Positions 54,832 through 64,000 of a stretch of DNA of 64,000 bases are shown here, piece after piece (the stretch's first letter is position 1; every line of letters starts with the position of its first letter). The DNA is from a virus (Duplodnaviria > Caudoviricetes): the IMG/VR virus record IMGVR_UViG_3300025018_000093; one strand, given 5' to 3'. The position numbers and the translations under genes were made by a program. The notes beneath the pieces were generated by a model. That model worked only from the letters and a program-made list of their open reading frames with translations, was not told the origin of the DNA and did not search any database.

Positions 54832-56903
54832 TGTCCAAGCACAAGAAAAGAAGTGGCGACGCCTCTCGTCTCCCCAGTGATGACTTCACCTGGACTGAGG
54901 GCAATAGCTTTGGTCTGGATACCTTCCTGTTCGACATGGAAGACGGAGAGGGTGTGGCGCAATCCGCCAGGTTACCCCAAACCAAGGGGTACTCTCGTCT
55001 TCCCGGTACGGAGCAGGTTGAGGAAAGCTCTTTTAGTTCCGTTCCCCTGGGACCTTCCGTTTACACGCATGCCCCGGGGAAGAAGCACGGAAAGAGGCAT
55101 GGGAGTGAGTTTGACGGGGAGGACCGCCTTGGTATTCGAGGATTGTTTGCTGCGGATGCGCATGCGGATGAGTCTGTTCGCCTCCCAGCGTTGGATTGGC
55201 TAGAGCTGGAGACGGACCAGGAGAAGCAGGATCCCGCAAGACTCCCTAAGAATCCCGTGGACAGGTCTATCCGGGAGCTGGAGGAGGCATGGGGTGTTCG
55301 CCATCGCACAGATGGTGTGGTCACCTATGACGAGAATGTCCAAATGGCGGGTGACTTCCGCTTGGGTGAGAACAACCTCGACCTGGACGCGGCTCGCTAT
55401 GCACGTTCGATGGAGGTGGACCCTGCGGAGAAGCATCGTTTCACGGCATCCGACTTGAAGGTGGTTGTCGCGGAGGCGATGCGAAGGTCCGCAGCTGGCT
55501 ATCCTATCCGGGAGGTTCTTCTCCACACGGCTCGTTTGCTTGAAGATGAGGCATACCGGGTCAAGGAGTCCATGCAGGCTCTCGTATCGGAGCATGGACT
55601 TGCAGGAAACGTCTACGTGCGTGCCTCTGCATACCCAGGATGCCACAACGGGGAGTGGACGGAGCATGTGAATAAGCATGCGAAGTCTGCCCGTTATGTG
55701 ATGGCCGCAGAGAAGTGTGCGGATTGTTCGCACAATCGCCAAGGTTCCTGCGCACTACTTCAACGGCGTTTGGTTTCCAGTGTGCCTTGGGAGGAAGCTC
55801 GGGACGTCTACCTACCACGGTTCCTGGCAGAGGGTGTCAAGGTTGCTTCTAAGGGGGATCCCAAGGAAGCCTTGCGCAAGGCCTTTCAATCCAAGGCTGT
55901 CAAGAAAAGTCCGGACACGTATTTCCCCTCAGAGAACTCTTCCGGGGAGGAGAGGCTGGACGCAAAGCTCAAGTCTGCTCGTGACCAGCAAGCTTTCGTT
56001 GGGATACAGGACGTCAAACTCCGACAGCAGGCTCGTCGCCGGGATAAGCTCGCAGCCTATCTAGGCAAGCTCAAGGCAGCGGGTCTCCTGACTGCAAAGG
56101 AAGCTAAGACTCTTCTCCGTGAAGGCGGGGAGATGGAGGATATCAAGTCGACGGTGACCGCCTTGATTGCCCGAAAGGACATTAAGAGTGGGTCTCACGA
56201 CACAGGGGAGCGCGCGACCTACATTGGGCAACCGAAAGAGGTGGTGCGAAAGCTCACGGCTCACGAGAAGGATATCCATAAGATTGCCAAAAAAGCAGGT
56301 GTTCGCCCTGCTGAGGTAAATGGGATGATTCGCTGGGTTCGCGAGGAATTGAATGCAGGGTGGATGGGAAGAGAGCTGGATGGCCTCCTCCGGGCTCGTT
56401 TTGCAAAGCCTCTCCTCAAGGCAGCCAGCGGTATGATTCAGAACCTTCGTGATCAGCACGAAGGACTGGCTGGGCAGCTCTACATTGATGCTGCTACTTA
56501 CGGGGACAAGAGGGGTGTGAAGGGGTGTGAAGAGGGTGCTTTGAAGCACCGCACCAATGACATCCCCTATGTGCTGCGGATGGCCGCGTGCGATTCGTGT
56601 GTGCACTGCAACCAGCATGAAAAGTGCAACAAGTATGGCAAGGAGCTGGTGTCCCTGGAGGACTTCAACAGTAAGGACTTGCGGTCCTACCAGCAGGAGT
56701 CCATCCGCATGGCGGATGCTCCAGACGCCGAGAAGACAGCTTCCATTTTCGCTCCTGTGGAGGATCCTGCGTCGGAGTGGGGGTTGCGCAACGATAACTT
56801 GGAGAACTTTTCCTACTACGGGGAAGAGGAAGATCCAGACGAGATTGGTGATCTTGGCAGCATCGCTTTCAGTGGTATGGACTTGCCAGAGGAGTGGGGT
56901 TGA
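54831..56903 (+). CDS. large protein with two homologous four-cysteine modules
   Basis: HGLAGNVY...C...CADC...C and EGLAGQLY...C...CDSC...C. Confidence 0.8.
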   Translation: MSKHKKRSGDASRLPSDDFTWTEGNSFGLDTFLFDMEDGEGVAQSARLPQTKGYSRLPGTEQVEESSFSSVPLGPSVYTHAPGKKHGKRHGSEFDGEDRLGIRGLFAADAHADESVRLPALDWLELETDQEKQDPARLPKNPVDRSIRELEEAWGVRHRTDGVVTYDENVQMAGDFRLGENNLDLDAARYARSMEVDPAEKHRFTASDLKVVVAEAMRRSAAGYPIREVLLHTARLLEDEAYRVKESMQALVSEHGLAGNVYVRASAYPGCHNGEWTEHVNKHAKSARYVMAAEKCADCSHNRQGSCALLQRRLVSSVPWEEARDVYLPRFLAEGVKVASKGDPKEALRKAFQSKAVKKSPDTYFPSENSSGEERLDAKLKSARDQQAFVGIQDVKLRQQARRRDKLAAYLGKLKAAGLLTAKEAKTLLREGGEMEDIKSTVTALIARKDIKSGSHDTGERATYIGQPKEVVRKLTAHEKDIHKIAKKAGVRPAEVNGMIRWVREELNAGWMGRELDGLLRARFAKPLLKAASGMIQNLRDQHEGLAGQLYIDAATYGDKRGVKGCEEGALKHRTNDIPYVLRMAACDSCVHCNQHEKCNKYGKELVSLEDFNSKDLRSYQQESIRMADAPDAEKTASIFAPVEDPASEWGLRNDNLENFSYYGEEEDPDEIGDLGSIAFSGMDLPEEWG

Positions 56904-56908
56904 GCAGT

Positions 56909-57499
56909 ATGCTAAAGCACACAGATCAGCAGAAATCACTTCTCCGGGAGGTGCTTACGGATATGCTTTCTCTCCTGCAGGCACAGCGATGGAACTACCA
57001 GACGTCGCACTGGCAGAGCCAGGGAGAGCCCTTCTATGGTGACCACCTCATGTTCCAGCGTCTCTATGAGAGTCTGGATGCGGACATCGATGGTTTGGCC
57101 GAGAAGATCCTCGGGCTTCTGGTGATGCCCGGGGATGATGCCTATCCCTTTGACAACACCACGCAAGCTACGAAGCTCTCCCAATGGCTGGAGAGTTGGA
57201 ACGTCTTTGACTGCCCCTACAAGCGTTCTCTCCAGAGCGAGCGCGACATGCAGACACTTTGGGCGAGGGGCTACGAGGTCTTGAAAGACACGGGGTCTCT
57301 GTCCTTGGGGTTAGATGACTGGGTGATGAGCACTGCGAGTGCCCATGAGACCAACCTGTATCTTCTCCAGCAGCGCATGCATGCGCAGGATCACATGCGC
57401 AAGGCGTCTCAGGACTTGACCCGAGCTTGGTATCTCAAGCCGTCTTCCAGTCGTCGTGGGCGAGAGTTCCATGCGGCGGAAGATAAGGAGTCTGATTGA
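56909..57499 (+). CDS. Dps/ferritin-like protein
   Basis: SHWQSQGEPFYGDHLMFQRLYESLDADIDGLAEK, HETNLY. Confidence 0.8.
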   Translation: MLKHTDQQKSLLREVLTDMLSLLQAQRWNYQTSHWQSQGEPFYGDHLMFQRLYESLDADIDGLAEKILGLLVMPGDDAYPFDNTTQATKLSQWLESWNVFDCPYKRSLQSERDMQTLWARGYEVLKDTGSLSLGLDDWVMSTASAHETNLYLLQQRMHAQDHMRKASQDLTRAWYLKPSSSRRGREFHAAEDKESD

Positions 57500-59882
57500 C
57501 GTAGCGGCCAAACTGCGCTCGAAAAAGTGGTCGCACCCGGAGACGGGGAACCAGGTTGAGTTTTCTTCGCTGCCCTCTGAGGAGCAGGAGAGGTTGCGTG
57601 CGCAGGCTATGGCCGCTGCCGAGAAAGAGGAAGCCAAGGGTGGTGAGGGGACTGCCGAGAAAGAGGAAGCCAAGGGTGGTGAGGGGGCTCCCGCGTCGGA
57701 GTCGCCCAATAGTCAATCTCCTGAGGACTTGGAACAGGAGATGTCAGAGCAGAAGGTTCAGCATGTTGTCGAGCTGTCCGAGAATGATCGAAAGCTCTAT
57801 GACAGGATGCTCCAGGAACCCGCTGCGAAGGGGAGTGTGAAGGAACGCCTCTTGGGGAGCTTGAAGCGTCTACAGAACTTGCTCCCTGATGAGGTGATGA
57901 AGCCCATCCAGAAGTATATGCTCCAAAGAGAGCTTCGAAAGTCGGATGCGGATGCTGCCAAGGAGCAGGAGGCGCAGCAGGAGGCTGTGGAGAAGGCTCT
58001 CCAGGCATGGGAGGGTCGTTTCCAGGAGGGTATGGCGGGGGCTCTGGAAGAGGAGGGTGTGAACGCATCTGAGATGACCATTGAGGATATCAAGGGGAAG
58101 TTCGAGGATGCGAAGCTTCGTCAAGAGTTTGCAGATGCCTTCATTGATGATGCGCCCCCAGAAGTGAAGAAGCTGGGTCCACCCTCATTCCTTAAGTTCA
58201 TGCTCACGCACATCCTGGAGAGTATGTTCGAGTGGGCTGGTGCGCCGGAAGGCCATGAGTCTGCAATGGACAAGATGAAGCGCTATGAGGATTACAGCCA
58301 TGAGTTTGACAAGAGTAAGACCTTGGCTATGGAGTCTGAGCAAGAGCTGAAGCTGGCAGAGAAGGATCTGAATGCGCTAGGGAAGCGTCCTACTGTGGGC
58401 AAAGAGCCGCCCGATCCCGGAAGAGAACCCCAGAGAGGAACCCCTGAATGGGATGCTTGGGCAAAGGCAAGTGATACGCTGAAATCTTGGGAGAAGAGTG
58501 TAAAGAAGCAGGAAGACTGGGACGCTAAGAAGGATGTGGTCATTGAGAAGAAGAAGGCTCTCAATGATGCCATGCGTGGTTTGCTGGACATGACTGAGGA
58601 CCAGCAGTTGGGTCCTGGGGACAAGTTGGAAGAGCGGAAACGAGAACGTGAGCAGCAGGAGAAAGAGAAGCCCATCGCGAAGAAAGAGAGAGAACTTCCC
58701 TTCAAGAGTGTCTCGGAGCTTATCCAAAGTCTGGAGCAGGCCCAGGAGGAACTAAGGGAGGAGGCTGAGCAGGAGTCCTCCGATGATCTACCGGATGACG
58801 TGTTTGCGGATGATGATACGGATGTGGAAGAACCCGAGGTGACTTCCAAGACGCCCAAGGCCCCCAAGACGCCTAAGGCCCCCAAGACGCCTAAGGCCCC
58901 CAAGACCCCCGAAGAGACCCCCGAAGAGACCCCCGAAGGAGAGGAAGCGGAAGAGGCTGCCGAGATGGCAGATCCAGGGACGACTTCGGAGAGAAAGAAA
59001 GAACTGGCAAAACGGAAACGCGAGCGAGATCGTGCAAAGTACGTGGCCAAGAAGTATGACCTGGATCAGGGTGCAGTGGAAGCTATGCGCGTGTTCAAAC
59101 GACAGCTCTCTGAGATGGAGACGGAAGAGAAGCCTCCAGCGGCATCCAAGTCCAAGCCCAAGTCCAAGTACCCGGAGAAGTCCAAGTCCCCGGAGAAGTC
59201 CCCTGCCAAGCAGAAGGTGAAACCCCCGCAAACAGATGCACAGAAGATGCAGGAGTTCATGCGTAATGCCGATCCCGACATGAAGAAGCGCATGAAGGAC
59301 ATGACACCCAAGGAGTTCATGGCAATGTTGGCAGTCATCTCTGAAGAGGAAGAAGGGAACAAGCCCGAGACGTTGCGATTCGCCCGGTATCTCCAGGGTG
59401 ATTGGATACGGTGGGCTGAGGATTCTGGGGACGCGAATGGAATGTCGGAGTTCTTTGCGGGAATCCAGGAGGGGCTCAAGGAGCCCTCGGATGAGGTCCT
59501 TGCTTCGACGTTGAAAGCAATGGCGGATGACGCAGAGAAGAGCCAGAAGAAGGCTAGTCGAGAGCTGGAGCGGCGCTGGTTCCGTCTGGGAGCAACAGCC
59601 GAGGGGTACTTCTTTGATAACCCCGAAAAGCGAGAAGTGCGTGAGTTTGCAGAGTCTCACGCAATGGGCAACAGCACGCGCAGAGAGCGTGCTGAGGGGG
59701 CTCCTCCAACGGTAGAAGAAATTGATCATGCTCCCGGTGGCGAAGCTGTTTCCACACTCAATCGCTACCTCATTCAGACAGAAGAGCCTGTCCCTACAAG
59801 TGTTCCGCAGGATCGTGATGATCTTCCCAAGCACCCTAAAATGGCTGCTCGCCAGAGACTGACACGAGGGAGAATCCGATGA
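57471..59882 (+). CDS. large charged low-complexity protein
   Basis: KWSHPETGNQVEFSSLP; AEKEEAKGGEG x2; PKTPKA repeats. Confidence 0.8.
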   Translation: MRRKIRSLIDVAAKLRSKKWSHPETGNQVEFSSLPSEEQERLRAQAMAAAEKEEAKGGEGTAEKEEAKGGEGAPASESPNSQSPEDLEQEMSEQKVQHVVELSENDRKLYDRMLQEPAAKGSVKERLLGSLKRLQNLLPDEVMKPIQKYMLQRELRKSDADAAKEQEAQQEAVEKALQAWEGRFQEGMAGALEEEGVNASEMTIEDIKGKFEDAKLRQEFADAFIDDAPPEVKKLGPPSFLKFMLTHILESMFEWAGAPEGHESAMDKMKRYEDYSHEFDKSKTLAMESEQELKLAEKDLNALGKRPTVGKEPPDPGREPQRGTPEWDAWAKASDTLKSWEKSVKKQEDWDAKKDVVIEKKKALNDAMRGLLDMTEDQQLGPGDKLEERKREREQQEKEKPIAKKERELPFKSVSELIQSLEQAQEELREEAEQESSDDLPDDVFADDDTDVEEPEVTSKTPKAPKTPKAPKTPKAPKTPEETPEETPEGEEAEEAAEMADPGTTSERKKELAKRKRERDRAKYVAKKYDLDQGAVEAMRVFKRQLSEMETEEKPPAASKSKPKSKYPEKSKSPEKSPAKQKVKPPQTDAQKMQEFMRNADPDMKKRMKDMTPKEFMAMLAVISEEEEGNKPETLRFARYLQGDWIRWAEDSGDANGMSEFFAGIQEGLKEPSDEVLASTLKAMADDAEKSQKKASRELERRWFRLGATAEGYFFDNPEKREVREFAESHAMGNSTRRERAEGAPPTVEEIDHAPGGEAVSTLNRYLIQTEEPVPTSVPQDRDDLPKHPKMAARQRLTRGRIR

Positions 59883-60706
59883 GCCACAGGTACTACACAA
59901 CCCCACCTTTCACGGTACTGGTGGCGCATCCCCGTCGAAAAGCGTTTCGCAACCAGATTGTGCGTGACAATTCAGGACAGGCCCAGGTATCCCTCCTGAC
60001 TGGAGATCCCACTGCCTCCTCGGGTAGCATCACAGTCTTGGACGCAGGGTTTCTGGTGACAGCGCTTCCCGCAAGGGGAGGGCTCACGCTAACCCCACCT
60101 CTGACAGTAGGGGTTGTCGTCACTATCAATGGCAATACTCTCACTGGGGTTGCAGGGGCAAGAACACCGGGGGCCAATAACTTTCAAGTTACAGCTTCGG
60201 ATGTGGCGGCGGAGATTGTCGCTGCTATCAATGATGCTGCTAATGCCTTTAAGACAGACGTGGTTGCATGCCGTACGGGTAACTTCGTTGGCTTGACCGC
60301 TGTTACAGCGGGAGCTGCTGGGAATAGCCTTACGCTTGCGACTAGCGACCCGACGGAGGTTAGTCTGTCTGGCGACACACTCCTGGGTGGTGGACAGTCC
60401 GCTGGACAGTCTGTTTTTCGTCTTGGTCCCTACACTTTGGTCACAGGACTGCACTGGTCTCCCGTGGTGGGAAATATCAACAGCTCCGCCACGGCTCTGG
60501 CAGCGGCGATCAATCGACTTCAGTGTTACAGTGCTACGGCTGCGGGTCCCGTGGTCAATATCGTGGGTCCCCCTGGGGTACAGGATGCGGAAGGTTTGGT
60601 CTTCTCCGTCAGCTATGACGGAGTGGTTGAGAACTTTGCCGTGAGTCCCACCAATGGATTCCTAGGTGGGGGAGCACCCAACATGGGTCCACCTGAGATA
60701 CTCTGA
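59879..60706 (+). CDS. virion structural protein (tail-sheath-like insert domains)
   Basis: AAEIVAAIND / ATALAAAIN repeats, LTAVTAGAAGNSLTL. Confidence 0.6.
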   Translation: MSHRYYTTPPFTVLVAHPRRKAFRNQIVRDNSGQAQVSLLTGDPTASSGSITVLDAGFLVTALPARGGLTLTPPLTVGVVVTINGNTLTGVAGARTPGANNFQVTASDVAAEIVAAINDAANAFKTDVVACRTGNFVGLTAVTAGAAGNSLTLATSDPTEVSLSGDTLLGGGQSAGQSVFRLGPYTLVTGLHWSPVVGNINSSATALAAAINRLQCYSATAAGPVVNIVGPPGVQDAEGLVFSVSYDGVVENFAVSPTNGFLGGGAPNMGPPEIL

Positions 60707-60718
60707 TGAGGTGTTGCC

Positions 60719-61459
60719 ATGACGAAGTTGAAGGGAAAGACTCAGAAACTGAGTAACTATGTTGTTCCAGATGCCCCACAGTCCCCCAGGGATAAGGAAC
60801 TCATCCTTGCGGAGCTACCCCGTAACACAAGGGTGTACGTCAAAGAAGAGGGTGGGAAGCTCAAGTACAAGGAGTTGTCGCAGGTTCGCGACTCCGACAC
60901 GCTTATCTACAAGAAGAACGGGGATCCCGTGCTTATGCGGGGTCGCCCAGGTCGCCTGTCGGAGGACCGGACCAAACTCGAAGTTGCTAACAGTGAAGTA
61001 GCTGAAATCAACCGACAGAGGGATGACTATCTTGCGCAAGACAGTCTGGTTCAGGCAGCAAGGATCAACTCGGATGGTCCGGATGTACTGACAGAAACGA
61101 TCATTCGATTGACGGAGGTAGCCTCCACAATCTCGTTTGAGCGTCAGGAGGCACATCGAACAGGAACCCCAACAAGCATCATTGCACGCCGAGAGGTAGC
61201 TGCTCTGGTGGCTGTTCGAGATGCTTCCCTCAAGCGTATCGACCAGCGCTTGCGCAAGCAGGAGATTGACCTGGAAAGTTTGGCTTTCCGCAATCTCTTT
61301 GTCTACATGGTCAGGACATTCACTGAGGCAATGGATGCCACTGGAATACCAGCAACGGAGATAGACTCCGTTGTATCCTACCTCTCGAAGGAAGTGGACA
61401 CGGAAGAGTGGAAAAACTCGGCTCTCAAGTCGATGGTAGGCCCCTCTTCGGTTCATTGA
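60719..61459 (+). CDS. hypothetical protein, possibly the terminase small subunit
   Basis: position directly upstream of the terminase large subunit; helical C-terminus. Confidence 0.35.
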   Translation: MTKLKGKTQKLSNYVVPDAPQSPRDKELILAELPRNTRVYVKEEGGKLKYKELSQVRDSDTLIYKKNGDPVLMRGRPGRLSEDRTKLEVANSEVAEINRQRDDYLAQDSLVQAARINSDGPDVLTETIIRLTEVASTISFERQEAHRTGTPTSIIARREVAALVAVRDASLKRIDQRLRKQEIDLESLAFRNLFVYMVRTFTEAMDATGIPATEIDSVVSYLSKEVDTEEWKNSALKSMVGPSSVH

Positions 61460-61467
61460 GATGATGT

Positions 61468-64000
61468 ATGACGGGAGCCAAAGGAAGTCTAGGCGAATTG
61501 GCCCTTGGAGTGTCTCGCTCCAGGTCTGCCGTACGCGAAAGCGTCTCCGGTCAGGATGACTGTCCCAGTATTATTGACTTCATCGAAGCCCCCTGGGGCC
61601 TTGCCCAGAGGATGTTTCCAGTCCAGAAGGTCATTCTCAAAGCCTACTATGGCTTGGCTCTGGATACGAAGAAACGCAACGTTCGGATCACTGACTGGAA
61701 GCATCAGAACGAGCGCATTCTCACGGAAGCCGAGTACCTTGAGTGGCTTTACGAGCAGGGACGAAGCAATATCCGGGAAGTGGTCGCGGGGGACCGCCGT
61801 CGTGATCTAGTCCTGGCCATCGGACGTCGTTCTGGGAAATGTGTTTTGGGGGGCACCTTGGTCTTGACCAACCAAGGGCTACTCAAGATCCGTGACTTGC
61901 TTCCAGATCCGAATCTGCCCGAAAACCAGTCCGCGCCTTTGCGTGTGCAGGTGGCGCAGGAAGGAAGTCGTCGAGCGGACACCAGTCATTTCTACAATGG
62001 GGGTGTCAAGACAGTCCGTGAGTTGACGACACGGTGTGGGTACCAGCTTGGGGGGACGGACAATCATCGTATCAAGGTGCTGTATCCAGACGGTGCGGTG
62101 CGTTGGAAGTATCTGGCAGACTTGCGTGAGGGAGATATTGTGGCGGTCCATCGGGGGACAAACCTGTGGGCCGTAGATCCTGTAGATTGCCGTTCACACC
62201 ACGTGGCCTCTGGGCAGAAAGAGGTGCGTCTACCCGAGATCCTGGATGAACGCTGGGGCCTCTTGTTGGGGTGTCTTGTCGGAGACGGACATTGGACTAA
62301 GAGGTCCAGTGTTGCGATGACGATGGAAGATCCCGAGATGTGGGATCAGATGCAGGAGCTGTTCTCCGAGTTGCTCGGGCACAGCTCGACATACATGGAC
62401 AAGCGAACTGCAAACACAGGAGACCTCCAGTTTCATAGTGTTGCGGTTCGGGAGTTTCTGCACCGTCTTGGGTGGCGTTGGGATCTGGAGAGAGACCAGA
62501 AAGAGATACCCTGGTCGATTCTGCAATCTCCGAGGTCTGTTGTTGCTGCCTTCCTTCGCGGGTTGTTCGAGACGGATGGTTGCGCAGAGAGCCAGGGGCA
62601 AAGTGTTACTTTCTCTTCTGCTTCTGAGGTTCTAGCACGGCAGGTGCAGACCGTGCTGCTTAACTTCGGCATTGTCAGCTTTGTGTTCCCGAAGCCCGTG
62701 CATGACAAGACGTACTGGATTTTGCGGGTGCGTGGCACGAACTCCCGTCGCATATTTGCGCAGGAGATTGGGTTCCTGACTGATCGAAAGATGTGTCCGC
62801 TACTCGAATCTTTCAGGGAGGATCCTCGGGAGGGTGGGGACACCGAGGCAATCCCCTATCAGCAGGTTCTAGCGCGGCAACTTCTCGAATCGGTGCCCAA
62901 GAACGTTTCTGGTAAGGGATGGACGAGGTCTGCATTGCGTGCTGCTCTGGGGAATGTAATCAAGCCTTCTTCGGGTGAGCCGTTGACATACCCCAGGCTC
63001 CGAAAAGTCATCCAGATCGCTCGGGATGTAGAGGCACAAGACAGTGAGACTCTTGCCCACTTTCAGGGAGTTCTGGACACCAACTACTTCTTTGATCCCG
63101 TAGTCTCCATCACAGAGCGAGAGGAACAGGTATGGGATCTGACAGTCCCCAATGGCCATGCCTTTGTGGCCAACGGGATGGTCAATCACAACACCGAGAT
63201 GGCAGCCTGGATCACGTCTTACGAAATCTACAAGCTTCTGCGCAAGCCTAATCCCCAGGGGTACTACGGCATTCCTCCTGGAGACGAGATCAAGCTGTGT
63301 GCTGTGGCTACGGGTAGAGATCAGGCTGGGGAGCTATACGCCAAGGCGAAGCACTACTTCCTAGACTGCACCTTGTTCGACCCCTATCGGGCGAATATGA
63401 CGACCACCTACAGTCGTTTTCAGACCCAGCACGACATTGAAAGTTATGGGAGATACGGGGAGCACGACGTCACGCAGGCGACGATCAAAGCCACGTTCTA
63501 CTCCTGTATCGCAAAGGGTCTTCGTGGTGCTGGAAATATCGTGGTGGTGTTGGATGAGATTGCTCACTTTGTGACGAGTGGGCAGAGTTCAGGAAAGGAA
63601 GTCTATAAGGCGGTCACGCCTTCTATTGCTGCCTTCAGCCCTAAGGACCCGGACAAGTCCGTTTCGGCGGCACCCAGCCGAACAGATGGGCGAGTCATCC
63701 TGATTAGCTCCCCTCTGGGGAGAGATGGGTTCTTTTACCAGAAGTTTCGACAAGGGTTCGAACGTTCTGAGTCGATGCTGTGCATTCAGGCTCCAACGTG
63801 GGAGGTCAACCCTTCCATCTCGGCAGAGGACCTGGAAGGGTTCTACCTGGATGATCCCACAGATTTCTTCACGGAGTTCGGGGCAGAGTTCTCGGACCGT
63901 ACCCGAGGGTGGATTGAGCGCCGTGAGGATCTGGTGCATTGTATCGATCCAAAGTTGTCGCGACTCTTGAAAGCTCCGGCCCGGCAGCCGCACTTCATGG
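61468..64000 (+). CDS. terL: terminase large subunit with an intein (runs off window end)
   Basis: GRRSGK|T Walker A, VVLDEIAHF Walker B, ILISSP coupling motif, QAPTWEVNP; open frame from ATG 61468. Confidence 0.9.
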   Translation, partial: MTGAKGSLGELALGVSRSRSAVRESVSGQDDCPSIIDFIEAPWGLAQRMFPVQKVILKAYYGLALDTKKRNVRITDWKHQNERILTEAEYLEWLYEQGRSNIREVVAGDRRRDLVLAIGRRSGKCVLGGTLVLTNQGLLKIRDLLPDPNLPENQSAPLRVQVAQEGSRRADTSHFYNGGVKTVRELTTRCGYQLGGTDNHRIKVLYPDGAVRWKYLADLREGDIVAVHRGTNLWAVDPVDCRSHHVASGQKEVRLPEILDERWGLLLGCLVGDGHWTKRSSVAMTMEDPEMWDQMQELFSELLGHSSTYMDKRTANTGDLQFHSVAVREFLHRLGWRWDLERDQKEIPWSILQSPRSVVAAFLRGLFETDGCAESQGQSVTFSSASEVLARQVQTVLLNFGIVSFVFPKPVHDKTYWILRVRGTNSRRIFAQEIGFLTDRKMCPLLESFREDPREGGDTEAIPYQQVLARQLLESVPKNVSGKGWTRSALRAALGNVIKPSSGEPLTYPRLRKVIQIARDVEAQDSETLAHFQGVLDTNYFFDPVVSITEREEQVWDLTVPNGHAFVANGMVNHNTEMAAWITSYEIYKLLRKPNPQGYYGIPPGDEIKLCAVATGRDQAGELYAKAKHYFLDCTLFDPYRANMTTTYSRFQTQHDIESYGRYGEHDVTQATIKATFYSCIAKGLRGAGNIVVVLDEIAHFVTSGQSSGKEVYKAVTPSIAAFSPKDPDKSVSAAPSRTDGRVILISSPLGRDGFFYQKFRQGFERSESMLCIQAPTWEVNPSISAEDLEGFYLDDPTDFFTEFGAEFSDRTRGWIERREDLVHCIDPKLSRLLKAPARQPHFM
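61840..63192 (+). mobile_element. intein (451 aa) with a LAGLIDADG homing endonuclease
   Basis: CVLGGT...VNHN followed by T+1; LLGCLVGDG and FLRGLFETDG. Confidence 0.95.

Noticed and set aside
1-64000. Genome-wide stop-codon reassignment
   Set aside because: TAG and TGA both end conserved genes at their expected termini (bfr, HNH, groEL, dnaX) and are followed by coupled starts; no suppressor tRNA was found.

Overview
This window looks like part of a large (jumbo-type) tailed bacteriophage genome, with standard genetic code and mostly + strand genes. Positions 1-23.6 kb hold accessory and probable virion/late genes: three tRNAs plus one tRNA-like RNA with a large insert, bacterioferritin, an HNH nuclease, a GroEL-like chaperonin, HU, a C39-peptidase modular protein, a 1515-aa SNF2-like helicase, a sigma-like factor and several decayed genes. 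Positions 23.6-24.7 kb are non-coding and contain a nested repeat array. Positions 24.7-50.7 kb are a replication/recombination/transcription block: Pol III-type clamp and clamp-loader subunits, class II RNR, RecD, SSB-like, RuvC, RecA, split SbcC, intein-bearing SbcD, a RecB/Cas4-like nuclease, an IS607 element, a TOPRIM primase, a NusG fusion and a sigma4 protein. Positions 50.7-64 kb are a structural/packaging block ending in an intein-bearing terminase large subunit. The most notable signals are: (i) a ~23-aa peptide tag (LRxKxIRLAHxxPxLRxxLLPLL) on four unrelated proteins including bacterioferritin, with [KR]xA junction motifs, suggesting an undescribed cargo-targeting/processing system; (ii) one homologous winged-helix domain fused to both a sigma-like factor and a NusG paralogue, with a candidate phage promoter motif; (iii) the tRNA-like RNA with a ~120-nt structured insert; (iv) an IS607 TnpB with a Fanzor-like rearranged RuvC site. 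All family assignments come from motif recognition by eye; no database searches were run.
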